This document shows positions 18,804-27,700 of a stretch of DNA of 64,000 bases, piece after piece. A program made the position numbers and the translations under genes. Position 1 is the first letter of the stretch; every line of letters begins with the position of its first letter. The DNA is taken from positions 6,134 through 70,133 of the forward strand of contig CAIXKI010000158.1 in assembly GCA_903920005.1 (NCBI GenBank). The letters are read 5' to 3'. This stretch comes from an uncultured delta proteobacterium. GTDB lineage: Bacteria; Bdellovibrionota_C; UBA2361; OMII01. The notes under the pieces were generated by a model. That model was given only the letters and a program-made list of their open reading frames with translations. It was not told where the DNA came from and searched no databases.

Positions 18804-20108
18804 TTATTTGAGTGTCTTCAAGTACTCAATAATATCTGCGACGTTCTCGTCTGTGAGCTTGCCCTCGTACATAGCGGGCATCACAGGTCCGTAACCTTCA
18901 ACGATCTTAGCTTGCGGCTTGTATATCGATTCCTTGATATAGGCTTCGTCAACAAGGATCTCAGAGCCATCGGACAACTTCTCTTTGCGTCCGTAGAGCC
19001 CCTTGAACGAAGGGCCAACCATCTTGGATCCGTCGATGCTGTGGCATGTAGCGCACAGGTTGCCGGAATCCTTGACGAGAGCCTCTCCGCGCTGAGCTGG
19101 ACTCATTCCCGCTGTGGACGCGGCGCTCTTCTTAGGAGCAGCCGGAGCGAGCTCCACCTTGGTCGTTCCATCGATCGTCTTCATGAACTCGATGAGTCCC
19201 GTGATGTCGTCGTCTGAGAGCTGACCTTGATAGCTCGGCATTCCCATTGGGGGATATCCCGCTACAGCTTTTGCTTGTGGGTAGAGAATCGATTCCTTTA
19301 TGTAATTCTCATCAGCCTTGTAAGTTGTTCCATCAGCAAGCTTTCCTTCCTTACCGAATATCTTCAGCCATGATGGACCAACTCGTGGGGTACCATCCAA
19401 GCTGTGGCAGGTCACGCACTGCTTGGAAACGTAGAGCTCTTTTCCGCGGTCCGATGGCTTGAGAGAAGCCAGCTTGCGAGCTTCGCTATCGTCAGCGAGC
19501 CAACGCTCGAACTCTGCGCGCGGAAGAACCTTCAGGCGAGTCTGCATCCGAGAGTGCTCATTTCCACAATACTCAGTACAGAAAACCTGAAAGTCGCCGG
19601 TCTTGATCGGGCGGAACCACTCGTGGGTATATCGCCCTGGAATAACGTCCATCTTCGTTCGCATGACCGGAACAAAGAACGAATGAAGAGTATCTTTTGA
19701 AGTCATAACGAGCTTCACGGGCTCATCAACTGGAACAACCAGCTCGCCGGTTGTCTTCTTGCCGTTCTTGTATGTGAAATCCCAAGCCCACTTTCGTCCG
19801 GTGACGTTCACCTCCATTGCGCCCGCTGGCGGGGTACGGAGGTCAACAAAGGCATCGTATCCAAGCCAAGCAACCCATATACACACAAGGGTTGGAAACA
19901 CGGTCCAAATGATCTCAAGGGTGTTATTTCCCTCGATCTTCGGCGTCTCATGGTCCTGTCCATCACGCTGACGGTAGATAACCGCGAAGTACAACATTAC
20001 TCCCACGATCGCCACCGTACAGATCACCGATATAATGGTGACTATGTCGTGTGCGAAATCGACTTTGTAGGCAAAGTCAGATCCTTGCTCTCCCAACAAT
20101 CCCAACAT
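18804..20108 (-). CDS. ctaC: Cytochrome c oxidase subunit II fused to a C-terminal di-heme cytochrome c domain (caa3-type)
   Basis: N-terminal TM hairpin, CuA site (CTEYCGNEHSRM), then two CxxCH motifs (CVTCHSLDG, CATCHSIDG). Confidence 0.85.
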   Translation of the reverse strand: MLGLLGEQGSDFAYKVDFAHDIVTIISVICTVAIVGVMLYFAVIYRQRDGQDHETPKIEGNNTLEIIWTVFPTLVCIWVAWLGYDAFVDLRTPPAGAMEVNVTGRKWAWDFTYKNGKKTTGELVVPVDEPVKLVMTSKDTLHSFFVPVMRTKMDVIPGRYTHEWFRPIKTGDFQVFCTEYCGNEHSRMQTRLKVLPRAEFERWLADDSEARKLASLKPSDRGKELYVSKQCVTCHSLDGTPRVGPSWLKIFGKEGKLADGTTYKADENYIKESILYPQAKAVAGYPPMGMPSYQGQLSDDDITGLIEFMKTIDGTTKVELAPAAPKKSAASTAGMSPAQRGEALVKDSGNLCATCHSIDGSKMVGPSFKGLYGRKEKLSDGSEILVDEAYIKESIYKPQAKIVEGYGPVMPAMYEGKLTDENVADIIEYLKTLK

Positions 20109-20156
20109 AACTGTCTCTACCGTTACTCCTAAAATTCAATTCGCCGAGCAATTCCC

Positions 20157-21104
20157 TTAGGAAATCGCTCCTCTACGCTTACGACCGAAGAAGAAATACA
20201 CTGCGCCTAAGCCGACCAGGGTAAGAACACCGCCAACTCGTATGAGCCCAACAACTGCCCACGTATATCTACCTTTCAGAGAATCAAATCGGAAGCAGTA
20301 GAGCAGAAAATGATCCATCGCCGACCCGATTCCTCCTTTCGAGGCTTCAATCAGCGACAGGCGCACGTCCCACGGCGGGAACATGATTCCGGTGAAATAT
20401 TGCGAGATATCACCCGCCGAGGTCAATATCATAACCGCTGCTGAATGCGCGAAATCCTCTCCATCTCTCATGAATTTAAATCCCAGCTCGGTCATCAGCG
20501 CTTTCACGCTCTCTGGAGATCCTACCAGATAGTGTATTCCTTCTACCCCACTCTTCGCTTCCCCCTCGAGTCGCGAGTTGAACTTATCCATCACCTTGCG
20601 AGCATCCTGAGGGGTCTCGCTCGGATCAAACCCAACAACCAATACGGTAAAATCCTTGGATGGCTTAAGGTGAAGTTCGTTTAAAAGATCGTACACCCCG
20701 TTCAAGAGGAGCCCGCAGAGCCTCGGACACTTGTAGTATACGGGCGCGATGAGAATAGGCTTGCCAGGGACCGCAAAGGCGCCGAGCCTCTTGGTAACCC
20801 CATTAACATCGGTAAACTCTCGATTTAAATCAACTTTTGTCCCAAGCTGGGTGAAGATACCAACCTCTTTATCAAGAACCTCTTCCGGCTTTTCAACGGC
20901 GAGGGCTCTGGACATGGCAACAAATAAGGTCGCTAGAACCAAAACTGTCCTTATATATGCTGCCATTGCAGACGGTATTGTACGGCAAGCCTTCATAGAG
21001 ATCTGGATAATCGGTGAAATGTCGGATCTTTTCAACTTGAACGCTACCATCCTGCCACGAACACCCGTTAGCATCAAGAAGCGAACGTTTGACATACATA
21101 ACAT
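20157..21104 (-). CDS. SCO1/SenC copper chaperone (thioredoxin-like; start may be the internal MKAC... at about 20996)
   Basis: CPRLC (CxxxC) copper-binding motif in a thioredoxin fold with a C-terminal TM segment. Sits upstream of and in the same orientation as the cox genes. Confidence 0.8.
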   Translation of the reverse strand: MLCMSNVRFLMLTGVRGRMVAFKLKRSDISPIIQISMKACRTIPSAMAAYIRTVLVLATLFVAMSRALAVEKPEEVLDKEVGIFTQLGTKVDLNREFTDVNGVTKRLGAFAVPGKPILIAPVYYKCPRLCGLLLNGVYDLLNELHLKPSKDFTVLVVGFDPSETPQDARKVMDKFNSRLEGEAKSGVEGIHYLVGSPESVKALMTELGFKFMRDGEDFAHSAAVMILTSAGDISQYFTGIMFPPWDVRLSLIEASKGGIGSAMDHFLLYCFRFDSLKGRYTWAVVGLIRVGGVLTLVGLGAVYFFFGRKRRGAIS

Positions 21105-21198
21105 TATTTAGTAGCGTTTGGCTTATAGTTGAGTAAAGTCTTCAAGTATTAGATCGGGCCCAACATTAGCTAGTGGGTCCTTCGGCAGGGGATACACG

Positions 21199-21612
21199 AT
21201 GGATATCTGGAAGAAGTTTGAAGAGAACAACATAACTCACAGCGCAGCGCACCACCTACTCGCGATTCTTGAGCTGAAGGAGAAGCGTGGATATGCCCGA
21301 GTCACTGACGTTGCTCGAGAGTTAAACATCACCACGGGCAGCGCTTCCATCAATCTTAAATCTCTTAAAGCTAAGAATCTCATCGTTGAGGACGATAACA
21401 AGTTTCTTGCATTGTCCGACGAGGGAGAGGCTGTCGCCCGCGCGGTGCTCATGCGCAAAAACATCCTCTACAGCTTCCTCGCCAACATCCTTAAAGTTAA
21501 ACCGGAGCAAGCTGAGATCGACTCTTGCAAAACGGAGCACCTTATCAGCGCAGAGACCGCTAAGAAGCTACAAGAGTTCATGGAGCGCTACGAAGAAACG
21601 AAGGGCGCGTAG
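21199..21612 (+). CDS. DtxR/MntR-family metal-dependent transcriptional regulator
   Basis: RGYARVTDVARELNITTGSASINLKSLKAKNLI is a winged HTH like MntR (GYARVSDIA...SV). Metal-site residues are present at the C-end (CKTEHLIS). It is divergent from the sco1-cox operon. Confidence 0.7.
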   Translation: MDIWKKFEENNITHSAAHHLLAILELKEKRGYARVTDVARELNITTGSASINLKSLKAKNLIVEDDNKFLALSDEGEAVARAVLMRKNILYSFLANILKVKPEQAEIDSCKTEHLISAETAKKLQEFMERYEETKGA

Positions 21613-21672
21613 ATCAATGCTCCCGTAGCAACTCACTGCTCGTTTACCTATCCCACAGTAAGAGGAAAAATC

Positions 21673-22104
21673 ATGAAAGCTCAGCTTAAAGAAGCACTTA
21701 AAGTCGCAATGAAAGCTCAGGACAAGCTCCGCCTTGAGACAATTCGCTCCGCCCTTTCAGAGATTCAATACGAGGAGATGCAAAAATCAGTAAACGAACT
21801 CGGAGCTACCGAGAGTCTCCAGGTTGTTCAGCGTGAGGTTAAAAAGCGCCAAGAAGCAATCCAATTCGAAGAGCAAGCTGGTCGTGCTGAAGCTAAAGAG
21901 AAGCTCGTGAAGGAGATCGCTATCCTTGAGGAGTTCCTTCCAAGACAGATTTCGAGCGATGACCTTGAGAAGATCATCGTAACGCTCAAAGAGCAGACCC
22001 CTGGGCTCTCCCTCAACGTTGTAATGAAACACCTGAAAGACAGCTACGCTGGGCAATACGATGGAAAGAGCGCTAGCGAGATCGCCAAGAGAGTTCTGGG
22101 ATAA
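21673..22104 (+). CDS. GatB/YqeY domain protein
   Basis: 143 aa with MKAQLKEALKVAMKAQDKLRLETIRSALSEIQYEE, the typical YqeY start. Confidence 0.8.
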   Translation: MKAQLKEALKVAMKAQDKLRLETIRSALSEIQYEEMQKSVNELGATESLQVVQREVKKRQEAIQFEEQAGRAEAKEKLVKEIAILEEFLPRQISSDDLEKIIVTLKEQTPGLSLNVVMKHLKDSYAGQYDGKSASEIAKRVLG

Positions 22105-22110
22105 CAGCCT

Positions 22111-23487
22111 GTGACCGAGCGCTCTTTCATTTGGGAGAGTCCCCTGCCCCATTCCGCTGCTGACGTTTTCGCATGGCATACTCGCCCGGGAGCCTTCGAG
22201 AGACTCAATCCTCCGTGGCGCCCCGTATCGATCTCGTCAACTGACGCATCAATTAAAGATGGCGCGACGATAACTATTAAACTTCCGATTATTGGGCCTA
22301 TCGGAATCCCGTGGACTCTCAAGCACACCGACTACCGGGAGAACGAGCAGTTCTGTGACAAACAGATATCTGGCCCCTTCCGCTCTTGGAAACACACCCA
22401 CCGCTTCATACCAAGTAACAACTCATCGTGCGTCATGCGCGATGAGATCTCGTACGCTCTTCCTCTCCTCTCCGATGTTGTCGATCCGTTCGTGAGAACG
22501 GAGCTTACTCGGCTCTTTTCTTTCCGTCACACGCTCCTCGCCTCCGACTTGGCTCTGCACGCTCGCTTTGCAAGCGCGTCTCGAAAAACGGTTCTCATCA
22601 GCGGGTCCTCGGGCTTTATTGGCTCCGCACTCACAGCCTTTCTAGAAACGGCTGGGCATTCAGTTGTTCGTCTCGTCCGCAGAGCACCCCAAGGCGCTCA
22701 TGAGCGTACATGGAACCCCGCGCGCGGAGAGCTCTCACCGAGCGTATTTGAAGGCATCGACGCCGTTATTCACCTCGGAGGCGAGAACCTCTTAGCGAGG
22801 CGATGGACTCCAGAGTTCAAAGACGAGATCTTGAGAAGTCGCGTTCAAAGCACGGAGCTTTTGTGCAAAACGATCTCCGCCCTAGCGAAAAAACCTGAGG
22901 TCGTAATAACAGCGTCGGCCACCGGATTGTACGGAGACACCAAGACTGAACAGGTCGACGAGGAGAGCCCGGCCGGGACGGACTTCCTGGCGAACACATG
23001 TCGCGCTTGGGAGGATGCTTCGACAAAAACGCTGGCGAATGCCTGCAGACTTGTACATCTTCGGATCGGCACGGTGCTCAATCCTCGGGGTGGCGCTCTT
23101 GGAAAGATGCTCCTTCCCTTTAAACTCGGAGTCGGCGGAGCCCTCGGTAGTGGAAAGCAGTACCTAAGCTGGATATCTCTTCAGGATCTTCTAGGACTCT
23201 TTGAGTATGCATTGATGACTCCAACGCTTGAGGGAGCCTGTAACGCGACAACGCCCCATCCGATTACGAACAACGAGTTTTCGAAAGCCTTGGGAGCAGC
23301 GCTGCGCCGTCCGGCGATCATCCCTACCCCCGCACCCGTTCTTACGTTGGTTTTCGGGGAAGTAGCGGACGCCCTCCTCCTTTCAAGTAGTCGGGTCGTC
23401 TCGTCTGTCTTAGAGAAGCGCGGCTACGTATTCACAAATCCAACCATCGAATCCGCGCTGGCTTTTGAACTTGGGTTATTCTCTTAA
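22111..23487 (+). CDS. Fusion of SRPBCC (polyketide cyclase/lipid-binding) domain with TIGR01777/YfcH-like NAD-dependent epimerase (DUF1731 C-end)
   Basis: N-terminal 150-aa SRPBCC-like region, then VLISGSSGFIGSALTAFL Rossmann and the YfcH-like body. Confidence 0.7.
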   Translation: MTERSFIWESPLPHSAADVFAWHTRPGAFERLNPPWRPVSISSTDASIKDGATITIKLPIIGPIGIPWTLKHTDYRENEQFCDKQISGPFRSWKHTHRFIPSNNSSCVMRDEISYALPLLSDVVDPFVRTELTRLFSFRHTLLASDLALHARFASASRKTVLISGSSGFIGSALTAFLETAGHSVVRLVRRAPQGAHERTWNPARGELSPSVFEGIDAVIHLGGENLLARRWTPEFKDEILRSRVQSTELLCKTISALAKKPEVVITASATGLYGDTKTEQVDEESPAGTDFLANTCRAWEDASTKTLANACRLVHLRIGTVLNPRGGALGKMLLPFKLGVGGALGSGKQYLSWISLQDLLGLFEYALMTPTLEGACNATTPHPITNNEFSKALGAALRRPAIIPTPAPVLTLVFGEVADALLLSSSRVVSSVLEKRGYVFTNPTIESALAFELGLFS

Positions 23488-24699
23488 AGAGACGGTAACG
23501 AAGACGGATGGCCCCCGCATCTCCATCGTGACGCTTTTTGACTCGGAAAGCTTCATATTCATCGCGTGACCAGAGCTTCGATATTTTTTTTGAAGTAGCT
23601 CACGATATGCGGTTAAAAATTGCCTCGCGTCTTCTACGGTATCCCACTCGCTGAGCCAAACAACTTCGGAGCCGCCATCTTTCTCGCGAACCACAACAAC
23701 CCGGTCACCTCGCCATCCCCGAGACGCTTCAGACACCACGCGAGAGTCAGAAAGCTCCGTTCCTAAAACTGTCGCAATACCTAACTCTCCGAGAGTCTCA
23801 CTATAGACACCCTTACAAACGTCGCGACCATTAAGGACCTCCGCCTCTGTTGGAATGTCAAAAGGGGCAGTCCCTTTCATAAACTCATCAGGATGCAAGA
23901 TCTCTCTCGTAGACCTTGGGGCCTTCTGAAAGAGCCTCTCGCGGGCTTTTTGACCACCTTTTTTTTGAACCGCCCTAACAAACCTCAAGCCCTCTTCGTA
24001 GGGGAAAAGCAAAAGCTCCTGAAGAGCGTCGGGGAGAGCCGGCTGGTCCTTTTGAATCTCCGAATCCTCTATGGCATTTGGCGCCACCCTACCGGCGTCC
24101 CTATCTGATCGAAGCGCCTCCTGCATCACCAGGTTAGCATCGCCCTCAGCAACAGCAGCATGCGCGAGCGACTCATCTCCGTTCTCCATCCTCGGATCTA
24201 AGAATCGATTAAGGTCGTAGTACTGATCCTGAAGCGCGTGGGTTAATTCATGAACCGCGACAACTCGCTGCAGGGGGCGCGGAATTGATTGAACAACCAC
24301 AAAGTGTTTCTTATCAGGATCGTAGTATCCCCCTATCTGCCCCACGTACGCCTGGATTATTCCGTTTTGATACTCATAGTCGTCGGGTATCAATCCGACC
24401 GCCCGAAAGACTAACTCCTCCATCGCCAGCTTATGCGGAGGGTACTTTTTTCCGATCAGCTCTCTTAAGAATCGCTCCACGTCCTCTCGTGAGCGAACGA
24501 GGCAAGGTACCTCGCCTTTAGAGGGGAGTCCTCGGATACGACTTGCCTCCTTGAGCGCCTCTTGCGCGGTCGAGCAGGGGGACTCTTCCCCGTGGGCCGA
24601 ATCGACCATGAGACCACATAGGCATAGCGCCCCCAAGACAATCGCTGTGTTGCGTATGTGCGTCCAACTTTCCTTTGTTCTCGCCCGAAATACCGGCAT
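23476..24699 (-). CDS. Secreted putative zinc metallopeptidase (HExxH) of unknown family
   Basis: Signal peptide (AIVLGALCLCGLMVDSAHG) and HELTHALQDQ zincin motif. No confident family match. Confidence 0.5.
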   Translation of the reverse strand: MPVFRARTKESWTHIRNTAIVLGALCLCGLMVDSAHGEESPCSTAQEALKEASRIRGLPSKGEVPCLVRSREDVERFLRELIGKKYPPHKLAMEELVFRAVGLIPDDYEYQNGIIQAYVGQIGGYYDPDKKHFVVVQSIPRPLQRVVAVHELTHALQDQYYDLNRFLDPRMENGDESLAHAAVAEGDANLVMQEALRSDRDAGRVAPNAIEDSEIQKDQPALPDALQELLLFPYEEGLRFVRAVQKKGGQKARERLFQKAPRSTREILHPDEFMKGTAPFDIPTEAEVLNGRDVCKGVYSETLGELGIATVLGTELSDSRVVSEASRGWRGDRVVVVREKDGGSEVVWLSEWDTVEDARQFLTAYRELLQKKYRSSGHAMNMKLSESKSVTMEMRGPSVFVTVSLRE

Positions 24700-24750
24700 A
24701 AATACGTGCTACTCGTTGCTCCCGTTAAGTACCCACGATAGATTCGTTAT

Positions 24751-27700
24751 ATGTCGTCCCGTTCGCACCTTATTATAAAAAACGCGAGAGAGAACAACCT
24801 CAAGGAGGTTACGCTTGAGATCGAACACGACACCTTCGTTGGAATAACAGGCCTCTCGGGTTCCGGGAAATCATCCCTGGCGTTTGATACCATATACGCC
24901 GAAGGTCAGCGACGATATATCGAGACCTTCTCCCCCTACACTCGGCAATTCTTCGATAAGGTTAAACGTCCAAAAGTAGACACCTTTGAGAACGTGCGCC
25001 CAGCCATCGCCATTCAACAGCGGACACGAATCGTTAACTCCCGCTCAACGGTCGGGTCTATGACCGACATTAACGATTTTCTTAAAATAGTCTGGAGCAA
25101 TGTCGCCACTCCGGTATGCCCGACCTGTGGGCTAGAGCTACAACGATGGGACGCGTCAAAACTCGCCGAACGACTACAGTCATGGAGCTCCGTAAAGAGT
25201 GATGCCACTTTCCTTATCGGCGTCGCGGTTCAAAACGAGAAAGAGGTTCTTGAGCGCTTACAGATGCTCGGCTACTCACGATACTTTGACAAGAAAAATG
25301 GCGCCCTCGAAGACCTCGAAGAGAAGCCTCCTCTTAAGAAGAACAAGCAGGCCTCTATTATAATCGACCGAATCGCACCAAGCTCATTCTCACTCGTGCG
25401 CGTTAGAGAGTCTCTTGAACAGGCGTTCTCACTCGGCGGAGGAGCCGTTGAGATACTTGAAGTTCGGAAACGAAAAAGCCGCCCATGGCTACGAATACCC
25501 GTCACGGGCACCACCCAACCACCGCACGAGGGGTTTGAGGCCCATCTCTTCAAGAATACGTTTCATTGCGGAGATGGCGAGATCTCAATCGAGCGACCCC
25601 GACCATCCCTCTTCTCCTACAATCATCCAATAGGCGCGTGTCCCGAGTGTAACGGCTTTGGAAAAGTGCTCGTTATCGACCCGCACAAGTGTGTACCTGA
25701 TCACAGCAAAACTATCGCCAATCATGCCGTAGACTGCTGGCGTGGAAACGCTGCGTCAGGTGAGTTTAAGCGACTCCTCGCCTTTTGTAAGGAGCAAGGA
25801 ATCTCGACAACATCTCCATGGGCGTCGCTGACATCGGAGCAACAGGACCTTATCTTTAGCCACAAGTCTCGCGGCTATGTTGGCATCACTCCGTGGTTCA
25901 AATGGCTTGAGACCAAGAAATACAAGATGCACGTCCGCGTATTCCTCTCGCGCTACAGAGGACAGAACGATTGCGCCTCGTGCGGAGGGTCGCGACTTCG
26001 GTCTGACGCGCTGGCCTACAAGATAGATGGAAAAACCATCTCAGAGATCTCGTCTATGCCCCTAAAGGAGCTTGCGACATGGTTTAATGACCTTCAGCGA
26101 TCACTCCGTGAAAGCGATCGTCTTCCACGGCAGCTTGCCGAAGTTTTTAAAAATATCTTAAGCCGTCTTACATACTTGGTGTCGCTCGGACTCCCCTATC
26201 TCTCCCTCGATAGACAATCTCGGACCCTCTCGGGTGGCGAGACCCAACGAGTGAACCTAGTCTCCGCGGTAGGAAGCAACCTCATATCTACGCACTTTGT
26301 TCTCGATGAGCCTTCGGTAGGATTACACGCTCGAGATACGGAGGAGCTGATAAAGGCGCTGCGAGACCTCACCGATCGCGGTAACTCCCTTACGGTCGTA
26401 GAGCACGATCCTGACTGCCTTCAAGCGGCGGACACAATTCTTGAACTTGGGCCTGAGGCGGGAGAGCGGGGAGGAAATATAACCTACTACGGTCCGGTAG
26501 ACTCATGGCACGGTCTCGGAATGCGCCCGTTCAGAGCCGCTGACAACGAGCCCTCTTTCGCCAAAAAGATCTCCATTACAAACGCTCGAAATAGAAACCT
26601 TAAATCAATATCGGTTGATATCCCTCTCGAATCGTTTGTATGCCTCACGGGCGTGTCTGGTAGCGGAAAGAGCTCGCTCCTCACGGAGGTGATTCAAAAT
26701 GCGTATCAACTTCATACAGGTGTCGTGCCTGGCGAGAATACGCTCGACGCTAAGGTCACGGGCTTTGAGCACGTTCGGCAGGTGCTCCTGATCGACCAAA
26801 CCCCTCTCTCAAAAACTCCCCGCGCTAATATCGCTACCTATACGAAGATGTGGGACCGCGTTCGGGACCTGTTAGCGAAAACAGAAGACGCCGAAGAGCG
26901 AGGACTCTCCAAGTCGTCTTTCTCCTTCAATGTGCGGGGAGGGCGCTGCCCAACCTGCGAAGGCGCCGGATTTATCCGAGAAGACATGCAGTTCTTAAGC
27001 GATGTTTTCATCGAGTGTGAGTCGTGTCTCGGTATGCGGTTTCAAGCGACGGTTCTTGAATGTCGACTCAACGGGAAAAATGTCCACGAGATCCTCTCGA
27101 TGACCGTTGATGCCGCTGCGGAACTCTTTGAAAAGGACCTCTTGATTGGAAGCGTCTGTCGCGTCCTCTCTCAACTCGGATTAGGCCATATAACCCTTGG
27201 CCATCCGCTCAGCGATCTCTCTGGAGGAGAGGCGCAAAGACTTAAACTTGTCCCGCACATTATGGAGGGCGCTCGGGGCACCTCGCTCTTCCTCTTTGAC
27301 GAGCCAACGACGGGGCTTCACGTTCGAGATATCGAGCGGCTCATTGAGCTCTTCTGCTACCTTCGGGAACAGGGGCACTCGATTTTGTGCGTAGAGCATA
27401 ACCTTCGACTCGTTGCATCCGCCGATTGGATCATAGATCTCGGACCAGAAGGAGGCGACGGAGGGGGAGAGATCGTTAAAGTGGGCACCCCCACTCACTT
27501 CGTCGCGTCCCCGATCGGTTCTAATGGTCGCGAAAGTCTTACGGCACGATATCTTAAACAATTCGTAGACCAATATACCCAACGTTCAAAACCTCCGCGC
27601 GCGTCAGGTACCGCGAGAAAGAAGAAGCGAGTGCGCGAGATCGCCACCTCTATCCGTATTCAGGGAGCCAAGGAACACAACCTCAAAAATATAAACCTTG

